Source of the DNA: Takakia lepidozioides
Lineage: Eukaryota; Plantae; Bryophyta
DNA: 64,000 nt
Assembly: GCA_030704615.1 (NCBI GenBank)
Contig: CM060732.1
Coordinates: 67,394,001-67,458,000, forward strand
Reading direction: 5' to 3'
Shown: piece after piece, positions 38,384 through 51,870 of the stretch
Layout of the letters: every line of letters begins with the position of its first letter
Numbering within the stretch: position 1 is the stretch's first letter
The notes under the pieces: model-generated
Told to the model about the DNA's origin: nothing
The model's input: the letters and a program-made list of their open reading frames with translations, nothing else
Databases searched by the model: none
Program-made: the position numbers and the translations under genes

Positions 38384-39453
38384 GGAAAGTTGTTCAAACT
38401 GGCAAGGGCAAAGCTCTGGGGCTCACTAAATTTTTCCACTGCAGAGGGGTCAACTCTGAGGTTAAGAAAACCATGCTTTGTCGCGTTATTAGACCTGCCT
38501 TGGAGTACGGATCTGCTATATGGGTTGATAACTCCAACCAGGCTAAGTCTCTAGAATCCATTCAAGTGGGGGTGCTTAAGGAGTGTATGTCAGCATGCTC
38601 CAAAACAGCCAATGTGGCTGTTCGGGGTGAGTTTGGCATTCCGTCCTTAAGCTCCCGACGAGATGAATTCAAGGTCAGATGGTGGGGTCAGAAACTAGGC
38701 CTCAGGAGGGCCTGGGCTTTTGGCTCAGCCTCGAGACTTTCAAAGTTGGTAAACAGGGGTACAGGCACAATACCCTTAAGAGATTTGAAGAGAGCGTCTC
38801 TTTGGTGAGAGAACCCCGGACAGTGTATCAGAAAATGAATACTGTCTTCAGATTGCCCACACAACGGGCAATTGCACTCTCCCTTTCCTCTCTGCTTCTG
38901 TTTGCTGTTCAAAGGTAGGCTTCCTGCCTGAGTTTAAATTTCAGTCTAGTGCCGAGAGTGGGTAGACCCTTGAGGTCATCCAAGATGTCCTCCCCCATGT
39001 CACAGACTGGAAACAAGTTCAGGGAAGTTTCCTGCCTAACTTCATTTTCATCAGACAATCTCATGGCAACAGACATGGCTGAGGACACTACAGCCTCTAA
39101 GTCAGATTTATCCAGCAGGGTCAAGACTTGCGGATCCAGGTCCAGGTCCTTGAGGATCTCTTCTACTCTCTTCTGCCAGGACTTAGCCTGTTTGACAGGG
39201 CGGTCCTGTTTCCAAGATATAGAGGATATCTGGTGTTGGGCATATGTTGCAGCAAATCACACACAGCAGATTGATGCTTGTGTGAAGGGATTTCTAGAGG
39301 ATATCTGGAAAACCCGGATTAATTCTATATATGGAGGTAAGTCTTACTACCAACGTCAGCCCCTGACAGAGGTAGGTTCTGTCCCTTTTGTTCCCGCTCA
39401 AACTGGGCGCGGGGTCAATGGCCACAAGGCTACGGCAAACAACGTCTTATGAG

Positions 39454-39458
<5 letters not shown>
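38380..39458 (+). mobile_element. 5'-truncated LINE (RTEX/L2-like) with an internal inversion, flanked by (CT)n
   Basis: RPALEYGSAIW...LESIQ...NVAVRGEFG...RRD post-RT thumb region on +. The CPLC...HFLIHC zinc knuckle lies on - (38688-39215). The 3' end GRGVNGHKATA is on +. Confidence 0.85.
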
Positions 39459-39494
<36 letters not shown>

Positions 39495-40159
39495 GCTCCG
39501 GCAAACAACATCTTATGAGGACATTCTCTCTCTCTCTCAACTGTTTGGGCTTTCTAGTCTTCTTACTATGAGATCTGGGGTCGATACTATTGCCTGTTCT
39601 GTGACAGCCAATCCCTGGCTGAGAAGGACCAGAAATGGCTGGCAGCATGCCTACATGAGGCTCTCCATCTGAGAGAATCTCTGCATGTCGAATGGTTGTT
39701 TTTGGTATGCTTGTTGAGGGCCCCACTTCGCCTTGTATCACACTTTCTTTTGGCCAAGAATGTTATTGAGCTTCCCCTGGACATCATGAAGTTCCTTTCC
39801 TTTCCTTTCTCTGTAAGTAAAGCATAAAACCCACGCCCTGCTCTTACTGATAACAACTTTCGTATGTTCGCTTTTATAGCTGACATGTGTCTCTGGCATT
39901 CACGCAGGTGGTTGATTTGTCAGACAGTGAGGAAGGCCTGGACTGCACAATAGTCACAACACCGGCTGCTTCTAAACGAACAAGAACTGTTGGGCCTCTT
40001 GCACGTTATGTTGGTGAGCTCCAGAACATTTGCTCTTTCTCTCACCCTGCCATCCCTAACTTGTCTTGGAGTGAACTGGAACATCCGTGGTGCTGCAGGT
40101 CCGTGTACCACCAATCTCAGAACATGGTTCTGCTGTGTGGCAGGGTATTTCAAGTATAG

Positions 40160-40900
40160 AATGTACTCATAAGACGTTGTTTGCCGTAGCCTTGTGGCCA
40201 TTGACCCCGCGCCCAGTTTGAGCGGAACACAAAGGGACAGAACCTACATCTGTCAGGGGCTGACGTCGGTAGTAAGACTTACCTGGATATAAAACATTGA
40301 TCCGGGTTTTCCAGATATCCTCTAAAAATCCCTTCACACAAGCATCAATCTGCTGTGTGTGGTTTGCCCAATAACTAGGCCCCAGAAGGGCCTAGGCTTT
40401 TGGCTCAGCCTCGAAACTTTCAAAGTTGGTAAACAGAGATACAGGCACAATTCCCTTGATAGATTTGAGGAGAGCGTCTCTCTGGTGAGAGAACCCCGGA
40501 CAGTGAATCAGGAAATGAATATTGTCTTCGGGTTGCCCACACAACTGGCGATTGCACTCTCCCTTTCCTCTCTGCTTCAGTTTGCTGTTCAAAGGTAGGC
40601 TTCCCGCCCTGAGTTTAAATTGTGGGTAGACCCTTGAGGTCATCCATGATGTCCTCCCCCATGTCACAGACTGGAAACAAGTTCAGGGAAGTTTTCTGCC
40701 TAACTTCATTTTCGTCAGACAATATCCTGGCAACAGACATGGCTTTGGACACTACAGCCTCTTAAGTCAGATTTATCCAGCAGGGTCAAGACTTGCGGAT
40801 TCAGATTCAGATCCTTGAGAATCTCTTCTACTCTCTTCTGCCAGGACTTAGCCTGTTTGACAGGACGGTCCTGTTTCCAAGATATAGATTCGATTATTTC
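40160..40900 (-). mobile_element. Second 5'-truncated copy of the same LINE
   Basis: Closely similar to 38690-39455, in native colinear order on the minus strand. Confidence 0.85.
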
Positions 40901-42493
40901 AAGTATAGAGACAGCCTTTATCCATGGGGTGGGGTCCTGCAGACCCTGGCAGCCCGTGACTGATTCAGGCTCTGCTGATTCTGATGCTTGAGCATTTAGC
41001 TGCAGCCGTTGGAGTGCCTGAGCCAAAGCAACCATACCACAAAATTCCGTGACATACAAGAAGCGGATGTCTTGTAAACATGAACTTCAGTTAAAGCAGT
41101 GATCTGATTGATGAGTCCGAGATCCATCAATTAGCACAACGAGACATAATTGTTCATCAGAACAGTAGACATGATCTCATTCAATCTTCTTATTTGCTTG
41201 GTCACCTGTGGTTCTTAAATGTGCAGAAAGAGGGTACAATGGGTTCCAGTTTAAGCAGGCCTTGCCAGAGGCAACCCACCCACTGGCTGATCCTCCTCGA
41301 CTCCCAGTGGTGCCTGACAAGTCGTTTCTTGCGCAACTTGAGTTGATTGCGACCAACATGAAAGCCAAGAGTGTAAGTGAGGATGTGTGGGCATGGGCAC
41401 TTGATTCTTCAGCCCAAGACATGGCTGGAAAATGGGAAGCCCTCAAAAGGAGGGGCCTAGAGGTGGGCAGATCCAGATGCCCATCCAGAGATCTCCAGTC
41501 GTACATAACAACAATCCCTCAAGATACAGAAGATTGAAACACTCTTATGTCAGAACGAAGGCTGGCCACTGGCACCGAGCCATATTGAAGAAGGTAGTGC
41601 CAGATGCTTGTTCACTTCAGCAATGGAACATCCAGAACGCATTAATCTTAAAATTCCAGCTGTTACAAAAACTTCTAGTCATTCTCTGAAGCTACCTGGT
41701 CACATTCCACAAATGTTTTATTATGCTTCCAACTGATCATATCTCTTCAGTAGTAAAACAGATCACGCAATTTCCAATGTGCTGTGAGGAAGACTGCAGC
41801 TTTGGGGAGCTATTGGTGAGTAAATCCTAACAGATGCTAAATCCAGGGACACTGTTTGGAAAGCTCTGCAAAGGAAGGAGATGACATGGCTGGCAAGATG
41901 GATTGTGAACAGGCAGGCAAGGCAGGTTTGTGCATGATGACTTCAATGGATATTGCAGGAAGAACTCAACTGGAGGGATGCATGCTCAGCAAGGACTACA
42001 TTTCATGTTGAAACCTTTGAGGGTAGAGTGAAAAGTATTAAGGGAAGTTGGCATGGAGATCTACAACAACGATGTGCAAACACAAGCATAATATGGGGCC
42101 GGGGCGTTGGAAAATGTGCGCCATTGTCTCTCTGCACTGCAAACCTCCTTGATTTTGTAGTGTAAAACGTTCACATTCACTGTGTTACAGATGCTTTCAA
42201 AGCTTTCCGGTGGCAGCGTTTTGGAAAACACTTTGGGTGCATTGAATCGAACTGGGCAGAAACTTTCTTCATATATACATGTAGGCTAAAAGCAAAAGTT
42301 CATGTTAGAATGCAATTTCCATGCAAGCACGTGTGATGTAGAAGACCAGTGTTTGTGCAGGATCAACCATTTTCCATTGCTTTATCTCATCGAGTGAGAA
42401 CTTTGGGAAATCAAATATGCTTCTAAATTAAAGGCATATTAATAATTTGGCTGTTATCTTAACTTTAATTTAAAAAAATCATACCCCCGGCTG

Positions 42494-42780
42494 CAGTGTT
42501 TTTATTTCTGGCGAAATTTCGCACTTTTTCGACCTCAAAAATCAAAATCGAATATTCCGTCGTAAATTCCCTGTTTTCTCATGGATGAAATCGCCAAAAT
42601 TCTCAAAAAACAAATATAAATCTTGGATGAATTCGCCTAATATGGATGATATACATGGATGAAAGTACAGAGGAGGATGATTCTGTCCAAATTTCAGTGG
42701 ATGAGCAGAAAATATGGCTATTTCCTGCAAAACTCAGTAGCCAGTCCTGTTCTTTTCAAAATTTGAAAAAAAAACAACTG
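42494..42780. mobile_element. hAT MITE nested in an older hAT-like MITE (about 42347-42976)
   Basis: Ends cagtgttttt / aaaacaactg. Perfect 8-bp TSD cccggctg at 42486-42493 and 42781-42788. Confidence 0.85.
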
Positions 42781-44689
42781 CCCGGCTGGTATCACAATTG
42801 GAATATCCGTCCTATTGATACCCGTCTTCAAATCAAAAATCTTACTATTGAGAATCAGCGGATATTAAATTTTAATGAATATTCTAATACTATGGAACCT
42901 GTTGGTATTGATTTCTTTTTCTTTTTCAATACCAGGATCCAGCTGGTATTAAAAAAAGTAATACCGCCCAACACTGGAAACAACCTCCGCACACGGCTCA
43001 CCAAGAGTTGTATTTTCTACAGATGAGCCTTTACGAACCGCGATTCGGACGTTGTATCTACATCGCACACCTCATGTGCAAATCAGGTTGTCAAATCCGA
43101 TGCATGTTCCGGGTGCGGTGCCATTAGAGGTGCTGAGTGTGAAGTGTGAACATCACATCAACAGTGGGGTTTTCTTTCTTTTGTTTTTTCTTAAGTTTGG
43201 AAGATTATCAAGTCAATTTTTAGATTAATAATTATCTAAGGCAAGTGGCAAACATGGTCCTTAAGGTTGGAAACTGGATCCAACTCTGGATCTCCAACTG
43301 GATCTGAATCCAAGAGCTGAATCTCAACTCTTCCGCAAGTAATTCCAAAGCACATGGGGGAAGCATCTCGGCAGGAGCACCACTAGACTTACCTTCTATC
43401 ATTGAAATCAAGGCCCTCTGTATTCTGGGAGATAGCTATGGCGTCACTCTCAGGACTTCTCGCTCACATAGGGGGACGGGCTGGTGGTCCCGATGCCCCG
43501 ACTTCCCTGAGTGAGAAAGAGAGGTCAGCTGGAAGCACTAGTGAGGGCATCGCTCAACCAGGCTCAATTTTGATGGCTAAGCGGGCCCACCAGATCAGTT
43601 TGCCGATGGGCCTGCTCTAAGCAAACTTGGCTTCTGGCAGCAGATTCGTCCAGAGCCACCTGATGGCATTTTCAACCCATTAATTTTCAAAGACCTTGGG
43701 CCCCCAACATTGCCACTGGGTTGGATAATGTGCCTGCCAGTATAATGACTGCTTCAATGTCAACTGAACAATATGATCGCCTGATGCAAGCTCCTGGACT
43801 TTTTTCCAAAAACCAATCTCTCTTTCTCCCCTTGTTTCTCATGCCAGTGCGGATTTGCTGCTTGGGGACCCGCGGCTATCATGTTGTCCACTCCACTCAC
43901 TAGCTCCTCATATTCAACTCAATCCCCCCATTTGTGCAAGCTCGTCTTCAAGCTTCATGGGCGAGATGGAGTTCATCGTCAAGTTGCCGTTTGACCGTTA
44001 GTTTACTACTTAATCATTTCGCCCATGTCTTCATTGTCTGCAGGTACCCCCCTCGCAATCCTGGCTCGCTGGCGTCGTGATTGTGCGCCTCATCGCCTGC
44101 CGGTCCAGGCAAGGCTTTTTCTCCATTTTTTACTAAAAGCAGCTTCGGGGACGCCAGAGCTCCAGGGGTCCGTGGGCCCAAATCCTTTGGCAGCATCACA
44201 GTTGTGCTGCCTGCTCTCTCGATCCTCACCTGCGTAATGCTTGGCAGGGTACTCGGCCTTCAGCTAGCGCCCACATCTCGTGGGCCCCTCGTTCTATTTG
44301 CTGGTCCTTGTCCTTAGGCTTGTCCTCGGACGTGGTTGGTTCTCTCTTAGTTGGTACTTCTGGGTTCGTCCCTGGCCTGCTGGCATGTTTGCTTCCTGGC
44401 CCTCTAGGGGTTTATTTTCTCCCTTGTTATCAATAAAATGTTCGGGCTTCATCCCCTTCAACAAAAATAAAATAAAATTGCTATAATCCCATTTTTACCC
44501 TTATCCAAATCATGCCACACATGTCATTCAGTTTGCAAGTGCAGATTTGTCGACCATTTTGCATCTGAAGAGAGGGCAAAGTAATAAAAACATCCTTACA
44601 TCCATTTGAAAGCCAATCCCATATTCCTTTTTCTAGGAGTCACCACAATCATAGTGGCCATAGGCATCTGCAGCAGATTCTTGCATGAC

Positions 44690-46050
44690 TCAAAGTTTCA
44701 TTCACCTAATATGATGATTGTATGTGAGAGCCATTTGTGAGTAAAAAACTGGAACATCCACTACTCACATGTTTGTCTGTCAGCCCCAGTTTTCCATTGT
44801 TCGATTCACGTACTTGTTATCAAACCAAGAAAGTGCACCCACCTTTGTCAGATATATGCATCCACTACATAAGTATGCCTCGTTCTCCTCTTTCCCCCAA
44901 GTCCAAACATGAAGGGAACCTAGCACAGACTGTCTTTACAGTATTAGTAGCATATATGCCATTGTTGCAATAAGGTCATAAAACAATAAGGGACTAGAGA
45001 AAAAATTGTCCATTGTGACAATGTGGCCGTTCTCCTCAAATCTAGACAACAACATGGTCACCACATACTATCCCATGCCATGTGCCAAGTCCACATCTTC
45101 TACTTCACCAAGATAGACGGCCTCCATCTTATGCACATACTTTGAAGTAGCTCCAACCAAATACCATGTTTTGATTCCCCGGCTTCTTGCTCATGTACTG
45201 TTGTAGTTTAGAGTACTCACCTTTATACCTCACTATCATTTCGTCTACACGTAGATTCTGCTCGGGTTGCCAAAACTAAGCATATAGGGAATTTTTAGCA
45301 TCTATCAACCACCTTGTCTTGGCCAACTTATCATGACCAAGGGCTGAACTATCTACAACCACCAAAGCAGTAGCAACAAGATGAAGACAATGCAAAATTC
45401 CCGCCCAGCGATTACGACTCATAATGTGAGTTATGGAATGACATTTGAAGAATTCACTTGTGGCCTTCCTGCAATAACATCTGGTGTTAGGATACTTTTT
45501 GACCCCCATAAGTATGTGAACACCCATCCATGCTCGCAATGCCCTCCCTGTCAAATGATACTGGTCAGCACCGACCACCTTTTTGTTTCTCGGCCTTAGC
45601 ATTCAAGGTCTGTGCATACACGTTGGTTTGTCTGCGGATCTTCCACATGACTAACATACTAGGCTGAAATAGGTTAAAAACAATTGGATCAGCATCCTCA
45701 TCGAATGGAAGCTTAGGGCCCTGCTCATCACCATCCATATAACCTCTTCCAATGTATCGTAGTCCGAATTCCACATATCAGCAGCAGACCAATCTTCCCA
45801 ACACTTAGGTAGGGAATAGTTCCCCAAATCATGGGGGATATTGTTGGTATCCACACAGTGTTCCAACATATCAAGATCGCCAAATGCACCCAGGTTGTTT
45901 CTGGCTTGCTCATTCGGGTCATAATCAAAATCAGACTCATCCGAACCCGACTCAATATTGTCAGAATCGCATGAATCATCCGCAGGCATGCCCAAAATTT
46001 CATGCATTGGCACAGATGCTTCATGGTTGTCTAAATCCACAACTTCACGA
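44690..46050 (-). pseudogene. piggyBac (DDE_Tnp_1_7) transposase relic
   Basis: LRAWMGVHILMG, IMSRNRW..ILHCLHL, DKLAKTRWLID, NLRVDEMIVRYKG...QYMSKKP (first Asp), HIVTMDNFFSSPLLF (second Asp) and GIYATNTV. Multiple stops and frameshifts. Confidence 0.9.
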
Positions 46051-47669
46051 AAACAGGAGGATACACTATGCGCACCAAAACCAAAAAAAAAAAGATACAA
46101 TGAAGAGATCGCATTTTCCCACAATGTTCGATCCAAGTTTTCTCAAGAACAGCCCCATAAACAAAATTGCACACAAGTTCAGATGAGAAGGAATTAGCCA
46201 CATTCCAAATGCAGGTTTAATACAGCAACCTTGACAGTGCATCCGACATGACCAAAATCGACCCGGCCACTTTGGTTATGCCCAACGACATCCCCTGCAA
46301 CTTCATAGCGAGTAGGTAGAGATACTAGAAACATCAGATAAGGACAGAATCTTGCTTACCCAAAGACCTTGCCAGTGTTTCAGTCTCATATTGGGAATTG
46401 AAAGACCTCTCAAAATCCAACCAACATTTGTTGTCCCTCAACACAAAATTCACCTTAGGCGGAAAACCATGAGAATGTTCCTCCTCCCTTTGCTCAACCC
46501 AACCAGGTATCTCAACTGCTTGCCTCCTCCACAAATACCTGATGAAAGGATATTGGCCATAGAATTTGTGCAGGTCTCATCAACTCCAAAATTAATGTAG
46601 TCGTCGTTCAGCGGCATACCTACCAACTGAGTGACTTGCTTTGGAGATGCGCCCAACTGGCCAGCCCATTTTGTGATGACCTCTGCTTCTGTAGCAAGAT
46701 ATAAAGGTGCCGGGGGAGGGGAATTTCCAGACCCCATTCCTCACACAAACTCAGCTAAACCCCTAAGCGACGACAGAACCCTGACAACCGCCTTCGCTCG
46801 ATGAAGCCTTCAACCAAAAATCAGCAATGTAGACTAGGCAAATACAACACAAGGGAGAGCAAGAAAGTATGGAAATACGGTGCAAGATAGAGCGTTCAGG
46901 CGAGAGACAAGTAGCATTGTAGAGCAACGACAACCTGCACATAACCAACGGCAACTTGCATGGAAAGTCCCACGAGTAAGACATAAAGCACGACGGCCAT
47001 GGAATCCTAAGTGGTTAGGAAAACGTGGGGAGATGAGAATGCAAGAGAGGCGGGCCGCGGGAGCTGGCCACTAGACCCCCCATCACGAGTAACGACATAA
47101 CTTTTCCATAACCCTTAATCTAATCAATGGGTAAATGGATTTGGGTAGCCCACTTGGCTGCCCAGTCCACCGCACAAATTTCACTAAATAATTTGGCAAA
47201 ATCTACAAAAAAATATCAACAATCAAATTCACCTGAAAGTACTAAATCATCCTTCAATAAATTAACCTAGTTATGCATGCCCGCGAATTTTCAGTGGACA
47301 CGTCATAACGACTATGGTTCCCTCGCACCCTCTTTACCCATGCCCCACACGTTAAGGCACATATGTGGGCCCGCCTAACTCTATGCCTTGGTCTAGCTTG
47401 CTAAAGTGGGGCTCACCAATGCCCTCAACACTTCCGGCGCATTTCGTGCACAAGCCAACCCAACCCAACTCAAAGTAGTTATCTTCACGATTACTGGTCA
47501 TTGTTACTCATATGGAAGTGATTGTTGAGAGTGATTTTGAAATGGAGCTTAAAAGTGTGTTTCATGGAAGACGAGTCTTAGTGTTAGTGTAACATGCATC
47601 TAAGAGGAGCTTGAGGGGGACAATAAGGTCATTCCTATCAATTTTAAAATTGTCCAATTACTTTGCAAA

Positions 47670-48660
47670 AGGTTGAGTCATGTTTGTTGGGCACCTGCCG
47701 GAAGGTTGTTCTTAGATTTTAAAATTGCTCAAACATACATGTTAGTATACCCTATGGAGTGTTGTCACTGCTTACCATTTAATTATATTTTGATGGGTAC
47801 TTGTCGGAAGGTCAATGTTCTTGTTAAATTGCTCAATCCAAACACGTTGGTGCAACCTCCGGAAGATTGATCCCATCATTTTTCAAAGTTTATAAAATTC
47901 AAACAATTACGTTTACTACCTTATGGAAGGTTGTTTATACCATGAGTCATGTTTGATGGGTACTTGTCAGAAGGTTGTTCTTGTAAAGTTACTCGATCCA
48001 AACACGTCGATGCAACCCCTAAGAGATTGTTCCCATCATTTTCAAAATTTATAAAATCCAAACAAATATATTTATTACCGTACGGAAGGTTGTTTATATG
48101 ATTGAGTCATGTTTGATGGGTACATGTCGGAAGGCTGTTCTTGTAAAATTGCTCAATCCAAACATGTCGGTGCAACCCCTGGGAGATTATTATTGTTTTC
48201 AAAATTTATAAAATCCAAACAAATATGTTTACTAAAAGGAAAGTTTAACGCCTCCCGAAGGGAACGTAAATAATGGTGTCTCTTCACCACAAGGGCTACT
48301 GCCTTCCAGCTGAAAGGTGGACACCTTCATGACATACTAGACCGTGGTTTGAACCCACAACCACATCCAACGTGGTATGTGCCCATTACCACTGGTACAT
48401 GTTGGTTATCATATGTTTACTACCTTGTTTATGCCATTGAGTCATGTTTGATGGGTACATGTCGAAAGGTTGCTCCTATCAATTTTAGAATTGCTCAATC
48501 CAAACGTGGTGTACCCTCCTTAAGATTGTTTAATATATATATATTTAAATTGTATATGATCCAAACAAATATATTTAATATCTTACGGAAGGTTGTTTTG
48601 CTGAGTTGCACTTGATGGATACCTGCCGGCAGGAGTATGTCAATTTTAGATTGTTCAATA
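47670..48660 (+). repeat. Tandem array of ~180-bp degenerate units
   Basis: Recurrent gagtcatgtttgatgggtac...gaaggttgttc...atccaaacac...caacccc blocks. Confidence 0.8.
48235..48410 (-). mobile_element. tRNA-derived SINE inserted in the tandem array
   Basis: A-box-like ccagtggtaa and B-box gggttcaaacc. 12-bp TSD atatgtttacta at 48223-48234 and 48411-48422. Confidence 0.85.
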
Positions 48661-48695
48661 CATATATGTTAAGTGGGCTCTCACTTTCGATTAAT

Positions 48696-49341
48696 TGGGT
48701 CTTACGAAGGTAGGGTCGCCTCCGCCTTCCCCTACAACCACCCGGTAGGTCTACTCGCGGGTCTGGGTCTCCTCAAGTGGAACTGTAGGGTCTACTTGCA
48801 AGTCCGGGGGCTGCTCAGGTCCAACTGTAGGATCTACTCGCCCCGGTCCGGCTCCACTCGTCGCGCGCCGTAACCTGCGGGATTTACAAATTTTTCGGGA
48901 AAACTCGCCCATTAAAGGACCATCATTAATGCACATGCAGCGCCAGCCAAAGTTGAACCACCTCACAAATACCAATCAATGCGCCCAACCATCGCATTAC
49001 CTACTATACCAACAATTGTTTTATGTCTTATCCTTTAGGGCCCACCCCCAAAAGGGTGCACTAGCCACAAAGGCGAACGCCCGGATTGGGCCAGTCTTCT
49101 CTCTCTATGTCTTATCCTAGAAAACAGCCCTCTCTATGTCTTATCCTAGAAAACAGCCGGGGGCAGGCCCAATGTGGCGTAAGAAGGTGGACCGAAGGTG
49201 GACCCACCTTCGTAGTGGGATCCAGTGGACCCCTACATCTACAGACCCGGGAGCCTACCTAGTAGACATGGGTCATGGGTTGCGGCGGGGCCACCTGAAA
49301 CCACCCGTACTATCCAGGGCCCACGTGAGTATTTAAGACCC
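48696..49341. mobile_element. MULE-like MITE with GGGTCTT termini
   Basis: Left end gggtctta. Right end reverse complement gggtcttaaatactcacgtg resembles the MULE end gggtcttcaatgggcacgtg. No clear TSD. Confidence 0.55.
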
Positions 49342-49489
49342 AATTTATTTATAATGAGAAGCTCTTAAGTGTACCCTCCCGAAGTTATTTCTATCATTTG
49401 TAGATTGCATAAATTCCGAACAAATATGTTTCTCATATGGAAGGTTGTTCCTATCAACTCTGATGTATATATCTGTCTCCTGTTCTTAA

Positions 49490-50945
49490 ATATATATATA
49501 TATATATATATATATACCAACTAAAAGGTTGTTGTTGCCAATTCTTTTGAGGTCGGTGTGTTGGTCTTGATATCATGTTTCAAGACAAGAAAAATACGTC
49601 CTAAACTTCAAGCGCTCTCAAAATTATATGTATATCTTAGCTGATTTTACAAAAACAAATGGATGAGTAGTAGCTAGGTTGGGGAGTGGGCACATGGGCC
49701 AAGTAGACCGGCAGGGGAGAAAAGGCTGGCCTAGCAAAATGTTTAGAGGTTGGCCAGCAAGAGGGCATGAAGAGGGGCAACAACACAAAGGGCAGCAAGT
49801 GGGGCAGCCCCACATGTATGGTCAAGCGAGACATGGAGTCGGACAACCCCTCATGTGTGGTTAGGCGAGCAAGAGTTTTGGCTAGTCAAAGGGCATGCAG
49901 TGGGGCAACCCCACAGTGTGGTCAGACGAGCAAGAGTTTCGGCTAGTCAGGGGAGAAAAGGCTGGCCTAGCAAAATGTTTAGAGGTTGGCCAGCAAGAGG
50001 GCATGAAGAGGGGCAACAACACAAAGGGCAGCAAGTGGGGCAGCCCCACATGTATGGTCAAGCGAGACATGGAGTCGGACAACCCCTCATGTGTGGTTAG
50101 GCGAGCAAGAGTTTTGGCTAGTCAAAGGGCATGCAGTGGGGCAACCCCACAGTGTGGTTAGACGAGCAAGAGTTTCGGCTAGTCAAAGGGCGTCAAGTGG
50201 GGCAACCTCACATGTATGGTCAGTCAAGTATGGTCAGTCAAGCAGGATGCTCTACTTTTGGCTAGTCAAAGGGCATTAAGTGGGCAATCCCACAGGTGTT
50301 GTGAGGCGAGCAAGAGCTTTGGCTAGTCAAAGGGCACCAAGTGGGACAACCCCACATGTGTGGTGAGGCGAGCAAGAGTTTTGGCTACTCAAAGGGCATG
50401 AAGCGGGGTCAAGTAAGGCATAAAGTGGGTAACCACACATGTATGGTCAGGCGAGCAAGCGTTTGGATGCCCTTTTGGCTACTCAAAGGGCATGAAGTGG
50501 GTTCAAGCAAGGCATGAAGTGGGGAACCCAACATGAGTGGTTAGGCGAGAAAGAATTTGGCTAGTCAAAGGCATCAAGTGTGGCAACCTCACATGTGTGA
50601 TCACACGAGCCAGAGTTTTGGCTACTCAAAGGGCATGAAGTGGGGTCAAGCAAGGCATGCAGTGGGACAACCCCACATGTGTGGTCAGCCCAGTAAGAGT
50701 TTTGGCTACTCAAGGGGCATGAAGTGGGGCAATCCCACATGTGTGGTGAGGCAAGAGACTTGGCTAGTCAAAGGGCATCAAGTGGGGCAACCCCACATGG
50801 GGCGAGCAAGAGGTTTGGCTAGTCAAAGGGCATCAAGTGTGGCAACCCCACATGTCTCGTCAGGCATGCCGACGGGGCAACATGGAGCCACTGTCATTAC
50901 GGCGGGACTACCTAATTAGTGGCGTTGGTGCACAACCTACTTGTT
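49490..50945 (+). repeat. Minisatellite-rich non-autonomous element (possibly Helitron-like)
   Basis: (TA)n start, ~58-bp ggctagtcaaagggcat...ggggcaacccc units, a near-perfect 236-bp duplication, and a small hairpin plus cttgt at the end. Confidence 0.6.
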
Positions 50946-51052
50946 GGTACCGTACTCCTACAGTCCATTGCAATCAGTTTTTTTTTCACTTTGCCAAAAT
51001 CGCAGGCGGGGCCACATGCTAACTCTACCTAGTGCCTATGTGGTGAGAATAA

Positions 51053-51870
51053 CGTATAGGGTAAGGCCCCAGGACAGGGGCCTTCCTGAAATAGGGGGGC
51101 CAGTGCTGTAATCATACTACTATCGAGAACCAGCAGATATTACGTACAGGGTAATGCCCTGAGTGGAGGGCATTCCTGGATTTAAGGGCCTGACGCCAAG
51201 GGCAGTAGCCCAAGGGGAAGACCCGCAAATGCCCAACACCAGGGGCATTACCCTCCACAAAGAAATGCCAAAAAAATTAAAAAATAACTAATGGCCAGTG
51301 CACTCCACATTGCGTAATGCACTCGAGGGAGCTGATGGGGTGCATTCGGCCAGGTGAAATGCACCCAGATGAATTCTGCTTTTTAACGGCACGATAAATA
51401 CAATTTTTTTTGGCAGTGCTTTACAATTAAGTGAATATTCCAATACTATGAAACAGGACTGGGCCTTCCTGAAATAAGGGGCCCGCCACGAGGCGGTGGC
51501 CCACTGCGGCCCAAGTTTCAGGAAGGCCCCCCTCAGAGGGCCTTACCCGGTGTACAGAAATAGGCTCAAATTTCTTTACGAGCATACAGTTTGGATTCAT
51601 TTCCATCTATGGCCACGATTGCTAGATGGCATCTTTCCTGTGAGCAATCCCTGTTTTTCCGGAAATCGACTGGTGGAAAAGATAAAGATAAAGATAAAGA
51701 AAAGAAATAGATATATAGCTGGAAGGAAAATATGGAAAGAAAATATGAGGAGGAACCTTACGGGCCGTAAGGTGCTTCCAGAGGAGGAAGCCTAAGGTCG
51801 AGAGGATGACACTTTTCGCCTTGGAAGGTACCCTCCACATACACTAAGAAATTTGAGCCAGTTCTTTACA
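51053..51870 (-). mobile_element. Double-hairpin mini-element (inverted relative of unit 58762-59030) with a nested variant
   Basis: cgtatagggtaaggccc...gggccttaccc is joined to gtacagaaataggctcaaatttct...agaaatttgagccagttctttaca. A nested cgtacagggtaatgccc...gggcattaccc lies at about 51143-51255. Confidence 0.8.

Noticed and set aside
43250-44480. LINE ORF1-like debris and a poly(A)-ended 3' piece
   Set aside because: No diagnostic motif could be read with confidence.
49680-50860. Regularly spaced repeats resembling a CRISPR array
   Set aside because: Whole units are degenerate copies with no unique spacers, there are no cas genes, and the context is eukaryotic. It is a minisatellite.
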